This document shows, in pieces, positions 9,476 to 15,971 of a stretch of DNA of 36,513 nucleotides. The notes below the pieces were generated by a model, which was not told the origin of the DNA, did no database searches, and saw only the letters and a program-made list of their open reading frames with translations. How positions within the stretch are numbered: the first letter of the stretch is position 1; every line of letters begins with the position of its first letter. The stretch comes from a virus (taxonomy: Duplodnaviria; Caudoviricetes), in the IMG/VR virus record IMGVR_UViG_3300049844_000214, positions 1 to 36,513 of that record; one strand, 5' to 3'. Made by a program: the position numbers and the translations under genes.

Positions 9476-9634
9476 ATGAAGACAAGAGCAGAACTTTTAG
9501 AGGACTTTGAAAAAGCCGCTAAGGCGCAGTGGCAACGTGGTCGAGAACTCGGCTACGAAGGTGAAGAGCTTCTGAGTTTCGTTTTAAGAGAACTAACCCT
9601 AGACATAGCCTACTTGATTAAACAGCTCGAATAA
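9476..9634 (+). CDS. Hypothetical protein (52 aa)
   Basis: ATG 9476 (MKTRAELLEDF...) follows the promoter. Confidence 0.55.
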   Translation: MKTRAELLEDFEKAAKAQWQRGRELGYEGEELLSFVLRELTLDIAYLIKQLE

Positions 9635-9797
9635 GGCGTGGCGGTCCTGGTTAGACACAGTCAGCCAAGACACGCCCTACCCGAAAACATTCCATCGCTC
9701 GAGGCTTTTCATATGCACGATACGGGCCGTGTCTCCATTGACACAATTGCACAAGTAATGCGGTATGTTATTATGTTGGTATTGAAGGCGAGGCGTT

Positions 9798-9983
9798 ATG
9801 AGAATGTTTATTACAGAAACCATGAGTAACGGCGAGATCAAAGAAACAGAAGTTTTCGATGTCGAAGAGTTCGGTCAAAAGATTATCGATGGTGTTTTCG
9901 CTTACCGAATCGATTACCTGTACTCACTTTCAAAAGCGGTACAGGAGACAAAACTCAAGACCTGTGAAACCAGCGCTGCCTGA
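9798..9983 (+). CDS. Hypothetical protein
   Basis: GAGG RBS; TGTTATTAT extended -10 upstream at about 9766. Confidence 0.55.
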   Translation: MRMFITETMSNGEIKETEVFDVEEFGQKIIDGVFAYRIDYLYSLSKAVQETKLKTCETSAA

Positions 9984-10215
9984 CAGTATCCAATTCCCAA
10001 CCGTGTTGAACAAGCCAACGCCACATGGTGGGGTATTTCTTTGAAGCCGTGGTTAATCCCAACTGATGCGCCTCTGAATGGTGCCCCCTACAAAGAGCCA
10101 TTAGGTTCGATATGGAGTTGTCTGCGTGTTTGCTACCACCGGACGCACCTCTTGTTTTGACGTGGTGGTGTTCGCCCAATCGCCCGCAAACTATGCAGTT
10201 CACAAGTTGTTTCAA
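9955..10215 (-). CDS. Small HNH/Zn-finger nuclease-like protein
   Basis: CxxC...HHVKTRGA.G...NLMALCRGHH.EAH..G motif. Confidence 0.75.
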   Translation of the reverse strand: MKQLVNCIVCGRLGEHHHVKTRGASGGSKHADNSISNLMALCRGHHSEAHQLGLTTASKKYPTMWRWLVQHGWELDTVRQRWFHRS

Positions 10216-10245
10216 AGGTAGTACCTAACCATTTCTCGCAAACCT

Positions 10246-10305
10246 GTGTGCAGTATCCTGATGTGCTGTTACGTAATGCATTATTGGGTGTAGTACAGTA
10301 ATCTA
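10246..10305 (+). ncRNA. 5-nt periodic tract E (putative guide RNA)
   Basis: gtgTg cagTa tccTg atgTg ctgTt acgTa atgCa ttaTt gggTg tagTa cagTa atcTa: 12 units with a pyrimidine (11 T) every 5th base, mostly preceded by G. Confidence 0.65.
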
Positions 10306-10308
10306 ATG

Positions 10309-10335
10309 GGCCACTTGATCGAAAGATCGGTGGCC
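10309..10335. terminator. GC-rich hairpin with GAAA loop, closing tract E
   Basis: GGCCAC(T)TGATC-GAAA-GATCGGTGGCC. Confidence 0.6.
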
Positions 10336-10341
10336 AAATTA

Positions 10342-10569
10342 TTAATGCGTAAATCCTTTATTTTCTTCAGCCCCATCAAGTAACTGCCTTGCCCACAACT
10401 GGAACGCTTCAATTGTGCATTTAAACTGATCTCTTTCAAACTCTCCTTGCGCATGCAATGCAATCGCTATCTTTTTAATTTCTAAATAGTCGTTTGGAGA
10501 AAGTCGACCCTCTACTATGCAATACTCCGTCGAGTTGTCTTCGTAGTCTTCATCATCCTCTTCTGACAT
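10342..10569 (-). CDS. Hypothetical protein (acidic N-terminus)
   Basis: ATG 10569 within track ORF 10342..10707, overlapping the end of the upstream gene. Confidence 0.55.
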   Translation of the reverse strand: MSEEDDEDYEDNSTEYCIVEGRLSPNDYLEIKKIAIALHAQGEFERDQFKCTIEAFQLWARQLLDGAEENKGFTH

Positions 10570-10741
10570 AGGATCCACATTCCACCGTATACTGCGACGA
10601 AAACTCTTCGCGGTCTTTACACATGAGACACAGGCGATTGTATTTCGAACGTGAGTGAAACTTCTTATTACACTTGAGACAGTCTCGCTTAACTGTTTTA
10701 GAAACACCTTTTGCTCTTCGTGCTCCGCCTCGTTTCGCCAT
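10553..10741 (-). CDS. Small Zn-finger protein
   Basis: CLKC..KF.S....NRLC..C motif. Confidence 0.65.
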   Translation of the reverse strand: MAKRGGARRAKGVSKTVKRDCLKCNKKFHSRSKYNRLCLMCKDREEFSSQYTVECGSYVRRG

Positions 10742-10756
10742 TAATTAAATTATGAG

Positions 10757-11449
10757 TTACTCGAACGGAATAAACAAAGGGGTGCGACCATTATTTAAAA
10801 CGACACCGCATCCAAGGACGGGTTTATTCCTCATGTACTTACCGTAAGCAAAAGCAAAAGAGGCTTCATCGATGAGGCAACCCACGTTCATGGCCCATAT
10901 GTTTTTCTTTATGTGATCAACTGCAGCGAAGGAATGAAGATGTCCAATGATCGTAGATATGGCTCCGTCAATTGCAGCATTACGATGTCCATCTTTACCG
11001 CTATAACCCATGCCGTGTATCACGCGAAATGGTTGCTTAGCTTCAACGATCCACTCTTCTTTCCAGTACCAACCTTTTGGAGCTTGAATAATTTCTTGGT
11101 AAGTTTTTAGTAACCGCTCTGGAATGCCTGCCTCTGATGCTTTTTTTAACCATCGTAATCCATGATTACTTATTGCAAGCTTCATTTCTGGAAATGCTTC
11201 ATACCAGAGAGAGAGTTCATTGATTGATTCCTCTAGCTCTACAACAGCGCTTAGTTTTGTGTTTGGGTCTTTGCCGTAAGAGCTAGCGAAGTAGAAATCC
11301 AACTCATCGCCGACGTGAAAACAGTTTGCGTCTGGGATTCTGTATTCTTTTTTCACGCGCTGAACGAATTCGAGTGAGCGCTTATGTTGAAACGGAATTT
11401 GAGTATCGGAGATTACAAGATATCTATCGGGATGAATTTTTGTGACGAT
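10757..11449 (-). CDS. Calcineurin-like metallophosphoesterase (probable ATC start)
   Basis: Motifs VISDTQ, VGDELD, SNH, IHG, GHLH. Motif I lies upstream of the track's GTG (11356), and the frame is bounded by an in-frame TGA near 11462-11464. Confidence 0.85.
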   Translation of the reverse strand: MVTKIHPDRYLVISDTQIPFQHKRSLEFVQRVKKEYRIPDANCFHVGDELDFYFASSYGKDPNTKLSAVVELEESINELSLWYEAFPEMKLAISNHGLRWLKKASEAGIPERLLKTYQEIIQAPKGWYWKEEWIVEAKQPFRVIHGMGYSGKDGHRNAAIDGAISTIIGHLHSFAAVDHIKKNIWAMNVGCLIDEASFAFAYGKYMRNKPVLGCGVVLNNGRTPLFIPFE

Positions 11450-11455
11450 AGAAAA

Positions 11456-11482
11456 TCCCCCTCACTTTAATTGTGAAGGGGA
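11456..11482 (-). promoter_or_regulatory. 10-bp hairpin covering the phosphoesterase RBS and ending tract D
   Basis: Minus strand TCCCCTTCAC-AATTAAA-GTGAGGGGGA followed by TTTT. Confidence 0.6.
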
Positions 11483-11485
11483 ATT

Positions 11486-11565
11486 TCAATTCAACAAAAC
11501 ATTACAATAAAAAACAACAACCCACTTAACCCAGCTTTAAAAGACTAAACGAGGCTGCGCATTAG
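11486..11565 (-). ncRNA. 5-nt periodic tract D (putative guide RNA)
   Basis: Minus strand cTaat gCgca gCctc gTtta gTctt tTaaa gCtgg gTtaa gTggg tTgtt gTttt tTatt gTaat gTttt gTtga aTtga: 16 units. Confidence 0.75.
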
Positions 11566-11572
11566 GTTTGCT

Positions 11573-11824
11573 TTATATATTACGTAGCCTATTTTTGGCT
11601 ACCGCCAATTGAAACTCAACTGAGGTGTTTCGGCTTGATAGTTCTTCATAGGCAACCTGGTACTTTTTCAGAACGTCCAATAAGAAAATCGTGTCAGAGA
11701 TAATGCCAATCTCGGCGTCTCTGTCATGCTCGTTACGTCTGATAATGAGTTCTATGCGGTGTAGTTCACCGTCCTTCAGTAGCTTCACCCGAATATTCTT
11801 GAGTGCTGCCATCGGTCTTGTCAA
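11573..11824 (-). CDS. Hypothetical coiled-coil protein
   Basis: ORF in the replication operon. Confidence 0.6.
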   Translation of the reverse strand: MTRPMAALKNIRVKLLKDGELHRIELIIRRNEHDRDAEIGIISDTIFLLDVLKKYQVAYEELSSRNTSVEFQLAVAKNRLRNI

Positions 11825-12209
11825 CCAATTCGTTTGATATGGTTTGGTTTACGATCTTCCACTCTAGATAGAATTCGGTCATCTTTTCTTTACCGTGACA
11901 CTTAAGACACTTCTGAAAGAACTCATCGTCCTTGAAGTTACCCGCTCTAAATAAATCATAAAGAAGCGCCTGAGTGGCCTCACTCTCTAAAGGGTTATCT
12001 CTTGCCCACCTCTGAGCATCAGCGAACTCTGTTTTGTCGGTCTCCGGAATATAGTTAATCCTGTGTAGTGGCTCATACCAAAGAGGTAGTCCCTTAGAAA
12101 ACTCAGGAGCAGATAAGCAAGGGCAGCGAAAGGAATAAGGGGCACACTTACGTTGCCATCTATGCTCGGCCCAAAAGATTCCCTTACCGTCACAAAGGTT
12201 ACATCTCAT
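11766..12209 (-). CDS. Hypothetical Zn-binding protein (CxxCxGxG...CxC)
   Basis: Cys motifs; coupled to the upstream gene. Confidence 0.65.
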   Translation of the reverse strand: MRCNLCDGKGIFWAEHRWQRKCAPYSFRCPCLSAPEFSKGLPLWYEPLHRINYIPETDKTEFADAQRWARDNPLESEATQALLYDLFRAGNFKDDEFFQKCLKCHGKEKMTEFYLEWKIVNQTISNELVDKTDGSTQEYSGEATEGR

Positions 12210-12738
12210 TACGAGTAAACCCTAAATTAATTTTTGGGATTGTGTTTTCAATACGATTTTTAATTATTTCACGTTCATACGTTACACGTTTAGCTTGATT
12301 TATTAACCCAGTAACTGTCTCTCGCCATTGAGCCTTTGTGCCCATCATTTGAGATCTATCGGCGGTAGCACATAAATCACTCCAACCGCCTTGCATTCGA
12401 ATCAATTGCCAACCAACTTCACCAATGTAGTCTCGAGCCATGGCGGGATTAGAATGCCCAAATTTCGAAACAGCTCCCCAAATTTTTTCTGTGATTTGTC
12501 TCGCCTCGTCTTCAACACTTGGCATAGAGCCCTTTAGTTTTTGTTTCAAAATAGCCGGCAAAGGACAACGGGTTATTTTTGGGTCTTCAGTGATCTCGCG
12601 AAAAACTTTATTTAAAGCATCGACAGGGATATCCGCTAAGTCTTCAGCCCACATCTTTACCGTCATGTCGGCCAGTGTCTCCCGATAATAAGCGGCGATG
12701 GTGAGAACAAATTTTATGTGCTCATCTAGTTTTTTCAT
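12199..12738 (-). CDS. Putative helicase loader/inhibitor (G39P/DUF6475-like)
   Basis: Directly after the initiator. W...L.D....P.PA.L and AVSKFG...GGWSDLC patterns. Confidence 0.65.
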   Translation of the reverse strand: MKKLDEHIKFVLTIAAYYRETLADMTVKMWAEDLADIPVDALNKVFREITEDPKITRCPLPAILKQKLKGSMPSVEDEARQITEKIWGAVSKFGHSNPAMARDYIGEVGWQLIRMQGGWSDLCATADRSQMMGTKAQWRETVTGLINQAKRVTYEREIIKNRIENTIPKINLGFTRNEM

Positions 12739-13528
12739 TTTTCGTCAGCCTTTCAAATTGTGCCTTCATTTGCTGCCCCTGGTTAGATAGCCTGGCATCA
12801 GAGGCGGTGTGCCAAACCCCAGTCGCAGCGTAAGCCTTCACCGAAGAAATATTTTGATACAACGCGGTAACGCTGTGGTGCGTTGTAATAAACCACGGAT
12901 CTTTAAGTTCAAAGAAAAAAGGGATCAGCTTCGAGAGGGTATCCCCCCCGGCGCTCTTAGCTAGGGCGTTCAAAAGACCCGCATCCTTCGGAGTTATTAC
13001 CGGATTAACTTGGTAAGTCTTTTTGTATTCTTCACAGTACACTGAAACACAATTTGGGATGACCTGAGGGCGCGAATGAAATGAGCGCGTAGTATTTGTT
13101 TGTTCTCTTGTTTGTTTACTTGTTTGTTCTCTTGTTTGTTTGGACGACATGGGTGTCACCGGGGTGACGACATGGGTGTCACCGGGGGGTGACATGGGTG
13201 TCACCGGGGGGGTGACATGGGTGTCGTATGGTTCATCGTCGTTTTTGAGGGGAGCGCACGACATGGATGTCACCCCTAAATCGTATTTATTGCACGACTT
13301 AAATGATCTGGTAATGGTCAAATATTTTAGTTTTTCAAGAGTAGTTATATGCCTTTGAACTTGTCTCTCGCTGAGTTTGGCTAACCTAGCTATTCTGGGG
13401 ATAGCAGGCCTCATATCAGGGTAATGACTAAGTATGGCAATTAGGACTAATTTCTCTGACGCCGAGATGTTTTTTAGTTCGCACAATGCAATTCTAGTAA
13501 CTAGTTCAAACTGAGTTTGTTTTTTCAT
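12722..13528 (-). CDS. Replication initiator (lambda O-like, N-terminal winged HTH)
   Basis: SEKLVLIAI...PAIPRIARLAKLSERQVQRHITTLEKLKYL...N.Y; central linker encoded by iterons. Confidence 0.85.
   Translation of the reverse strand: MKKQTQFELVTRIALCELKNISASEKLVLIAILSHYPDMRPAIPRIARLAKLSERQVQRHITTLEKLKYLTITRSFKSCNKYDLGVTSMSCAPLKNDDEPYDTHVTPPVTPMSPPGDTHVVTPVTPMSSKQTREQTSKQTREQTNTTRSFHSRPQVIPNCVSVYCEEYKKTYQVNPVITPKDAGLLNALAKSAGGDTLSKLIPFFFELKDPWFITTHHSVTALYQNISSVKAYAATGVWHTASDARLSNQGQQMKAQFERLTKNEKTR
13096..13276. repeat. Putative replication origin: iterons plus AT-rich repeats inside the initiator gene
   Basis: GACATGGGTGTC at 13146, 13169, 13191 and 13214, with variant GACATGGATGTC at 13260. 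Adjacent TTGTTTGTT-based 12-mers at 13096-13143. Confidence 0.85.
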
Positions 13529-13589
13529 GTTGATTTTGACAGGTAGAGTCGTATAAGATTGGGCCTCTGTTTTTTAGCAAAAAAATACT

Positions 13590-13638
13590 AACCCACGCTT
13601 TGAAAATGTCTAGTTTTCAGGTGTGGGTTTTTTATTTT
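13590..13638 (+). terminator. Intrinsic terminator-like hairpin (possibly bidirectional)
   Basis: AACCCACGCTTTGAAAA-loop-TTTTCAGGTGTGGGTT followed by a T-tract; A-tract upstream. Confidence 0.7.
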
Positions 13639-13656
13639 CTATCCGTGCAATGTGAA

Positions 13657-13887
13657 CTATTTGTTCATACCCGTCTCAACCCGACACCTTGGGCACAACT
13701 TCAACGACTCACTCGGGTGAAATGCCGTGCTGTCTGGGATTGTATAGCCCTCTCTCTTATACTGATTTAGTTTATTCCTTAGACAACGTATTGATAACCC
13801 TAAGCTTTCGGTTGCCTTTGTTCGATTCCAGTTATGTTTAGCGAGTGTGCTTATGATTAAGAATCTTTCAATCTCTTCGATCGTCAC
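13657..13887 (-). CDS. Fis-type HTH protein
   Basis: ERFLIISTL..HNWNRTKATESLGLSIRCLRNKLNQY matches the Fis/NtrC C-terminal HTH pattern. Confidence 0.85.
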   Translation of the reverse strand: MTIEEIERFLIISTLAKHNWNRTKATESLGLSIRCLRNKLNQYKREGYTIPDSTAFHPSESLKLCPRCRVETGMNK

Positions 13888-13914
13888 TTGATAATCGTAG
13901 CTTAGAATTAAAGA

Positions 13915-14235
13915 GTGACAATTCGATTCGCTATTAAGGGGAAACGCTGGCGAGTCACTCTGTTAACTGATCGGTCATTCTTTAAGCACGACCAAACAGC
14001 ATTGGCCTTATGTGAATTACCTCCTGATAGAAGGATTCTTTTAAAAAAATCACAGATAAATCTGCAAAATATTATGCATGAAGTGTTTCACGCATTTAAA
14101 TCTGAATGTTGTTTGAACAGTGCTGAGCTAGACTCGTCTCAGGTTGAAGAATTAATGTGTGATATTTTTGCTGAACACGGTGAAGAGGCTCTTGAATTGT
14201 CCCGTTGGATTCTTAAAGAAATAACAAAACAATAA
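13915..14235 (+). CDS. Small HExxH metallopeptidase-like protein
   Basis: MHEVFHA motif with downstream EE. Confidence 0.65.
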   Translation: MTIRFAIKGKRWRVTLLTDRSFFKHDQTALALCELPPDRRILLKKSQINLQNIMHEVFHAFKSECCLNSAELDSSQVEELMCDIFAEHGEEALELSRWILKEITKQ

Positions 14236-14310
14236 ATTACAGGAATCTACGAAACAGAATAAGACAATACGTTAGGATACACTAAAGAACAACAACCTAA
14301 GGCACATCAG
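14216..14310 (-). ncRNA. 5-nt periodic tract B (putative guide RNA), downstream of the RAMP gene
   Basis: Minus strand cTgat gTgcc tTagg tTgtt gTtct tTagt gTatc cTaac gTatt gTctt aTtct gTttc gTaga tTcct gTaat tTatt gTttt gTtat tTctt: 19/19 units have T in register. Confidence 0.85.
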
Positions 14311-14325
14311 CTTCAAAAACTGTGT

Positions 14326-14904
14326 TTAAATAACTTTGAATTTTGTTACGCGAAACCTTCCAAATGGACCTCCCTTAGAAACACGAAACGCTCCTATTCC
14401 AGCTCTCCGTCCAGCATCGTTCAATACTTGATGACAAATTTCTTGTGACAACAATTCTTCATCAATTTCTACAGTTGTTTTTACCTTCCACTTATCAAAA
14501 CGTGGACGACAGATCGCAACTGCACCCTTTAGATGGTTAGTTCCTTTCATAATATCAACTTCAAAGTTTTTGATCGGCTCATTGCTGTCATCTAAAAGCG
14601 TTATGTTCATATCAAGCGGACGAAACACACCGGCTGCAATAGCCTTTAAAGATCTTTTAGAATTAGTTTGCCTGTAGTCACTAGCTACCGCTTTGAATGC
14701 ACCACTTATGTATGTAGAAGGTATATAAAAAGAACCGTCTTCCGATTTATATGCGCCCTTTTCTGCAATCTCTCTCGGAGTTAATTCTTCCTTGTCCTGC
14801 TTTTTCTTCGTCTTCGCTCCAAGCAAACCAAACAAAGCCTCTTCGCTCATGCGGTGTTGAAGAAGTGCCGAATCTCCAGTCAACTCAACCTCTATGGTTT
14901 TCAT
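14326..14904 (-). CDS. Solitary Cas7-like RAMP-fold protein (192 aa; Vipr-like)
   Basis: AAGGAG RBS before ATG 14904. N-terminal strand IEVELTGDSALLQH, YIPSTYISGAF (compare Cas7/Csm3 IPGSSxKG), RPRF..W and C-terminal Gly-rich loop GIGAFRVSKGGPFGRF. Confidence 0.85.
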   Translation of the reverse strand: MKTIEVELTGDSALLQHRMSEEALFGLLGAKTKKKQDKEELTPREIAEKGAYKSEDGSFYIPSTYISGAFKAVASDYRQTNSKRSLKAIAAGVFRPLDMNITLLDDSNEPIKNFEVDIMKGTNHLKGAVAICRPRFDKWKVKTTVEIDEELLSQEICHQVLNDAGRRAGIGAFRVSKGGPFGRFRVTKFKVI

Positions 14905-14915
14905 TTGAACTCCTT

Positions 14916-15005
14916 TTAAATTAACAATACAAAACAGTACGAGACCGAACATAAACGCACCCTAAAACACATGACGCTAAGATACGCTAAAGAAGAGCAC
15001 TCTAG
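14916..15005 (-). ncRNA. 5-nt periodic tract A (putative guide RNA) in the RAMP gene leader
   Basis: Minus strand cTaga gTgct cTtct tTagc gTatc tTagc gTcat gTgtt tTagg gTgcg tTtat gTtcg gTctc gTact gTttt gTatt gTtaa tTtaa: 18/18 units have T in register. Confidence 0.85.
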
Positions 15006-15033
15006 TTCTACTTCGCCTCATATTTATGACGCA

Positions 15034-15062
15034 CTTATACACAACTAGACGCTGCGTGTAAA
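15034..15062 (-). promoter_or_regulatory. Sigma70-type promoter for tract A, RAMP gene and tract B
   Basis: Minus strand TTTACA-17 nt-TATAAG. Confidence 0.65.
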
Positions 15063-15063
15063 C

Positions 15064-15077
15064 TTAACAATTGTTAA
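15064..15077. promoter_or_regulatory. 14-bp perfect palindrome next to the -35 box (candidate operator)
   Basis: TTAACAATTGTTAA. Confidence 0.45.
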
Positions 15078-15079
15078 CG

Positions 15080-15838
15080 CTATTTAGGAGTGTAAATCTC
15101 TGCCAGCGCGTGGATTGGGTGGTCGGCTGGCTCCATTGGCTCAAACATGGCTTTAAATCCGCCCTGCCGCTCAATTTGCTTCAAGTGTGTCTTATAGATC
15201 CAAGTACGAAACCATGACGGTTTACACTTGTACATAGCGCTCGTCATGAGCCAAAGCATGGCATACTCTGACCAGTGTTTCTTCATTGGTAGTAACCACG
15301 TAAATGCGGCAGAACCCAATAACCATATAGCGCCGGTTGGGTCTACAAATTGAGCATTCGATACAACCTCGAGCATGTAAATCACATGCGGCTGCAAACT
15401 GAACCTAATTCTAGGGTCCTGTGGTTGTTGAGTGTCCCACCTTAGCTTCGATCGCTTAACTCTCGCATTAATCTCAGTCGCGGTGTCGAATCCAAACAAA
15501 CTCGCTCCAGCCGCTATAGCGATTAAATTGTCCACCGAATTAGGCAACGTTTTGTCGCCAGGACGACGGTCATATATTCCAATTCCAGATCTTAACTTTG
15601 TTAATATGCTTTCGAACTGTTTACGTTCTTTAATCGTTATGTGCTCACCACGAAGATAGTAAGCATAAACTAAAAATAACAATCCATTGTGGTTCAAAAC
15701 AGTTGGGCCCATTCCAAACCCAGGATGAGTTTCATCCTTTTCTAGTTTCATGAGGCCGTCGTCAGCTAGATACGATTGTTCGATAATTTTAACAGTATTA
15801 TTCAATATTTCATAATGAGCTGGAGGCGAATATTCCAT
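15080..15838 (-). CDS. Hypothetical alpha-helical protein (252 aa)
   Basis: Long ORF; no family recognised. Confidence 0.7.
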   Translation of the reverse strand: MEYSPPAHYEILNNTVKIIEQSYLADDGLMKLEKDETHPGFGMGPTVLNHNGLLFLVYAYYLRGEHITIKERKQFESILTKLRSGIGIYDRRPGDKTLPNSVDNLIAIAAGASLFGFDTATEINARVKRSKLRWDTQQPQDPRIRFSLQPHVIYMLEVVSNAQFVDPTGAIWLLGSAAFTWLLPMKKHWSEYAMLWLMTSAMYKCKPSWFRTWIYKTHLKQIERQGGFKAMFEPMEPADHPIHALAEIYTPK

Positions 15839-15885
15839 TTCTAAATTGTGACATCCGTTTTAATAGTTTCAAAATATGCCAATGC

Positions 15886-15950
15886 AATTTAGTGTTCTGT
15901 AAATTTATGTTTATTACGGTTTTGTAAATTTCTGTGGCGTTTTGTAATGT
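15886..15950 (+). ncRNA. 5-nt periodic tract C (putative guide RNA) in the SSB-like gene leader
   Basis: aattT agtgT tctgT aaatT tatgT ttatT acggT tttgT aaatT tctgT ggcgT tttgT aatgT: 13/13 units. Its variable dinucleotides match 16011-16037. Confidence 0.85.
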
Positions 15951-15971
15951 TAACAATTCGAAGGAGGTCGA

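Noticed and set aside
9636-9700. Possible sixth periodic tract (purine every fifth base on the plus strand for 11 units)
   Set aside because: The base is mixed A/G, the triplets fit the consensus poorly, and a hairpin (GGCGTG...CACGCC) explains the region equally well.
14905-14952. Track start of the RAMP ORF at 14952 (MFGLVLFCIV... extension)
   Set aside because: The extension is translated periodic tract A. The AAGGAG RBS points to ATG 14904.
14216-15005. Canonical CRISPR array next to the Cas7-like gene
   Set aside because: No 25-45 bp direct repeats with unique spacers were seen here or elsewhere. The structure is 5-nt periodicity instead.
15894-15951. GTT(C/T)TGTAA direct repeats as operator sites
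   Set aside because: Their spacings (25 and 20 nt) are multiples of 5 and follow from periodic tract C.
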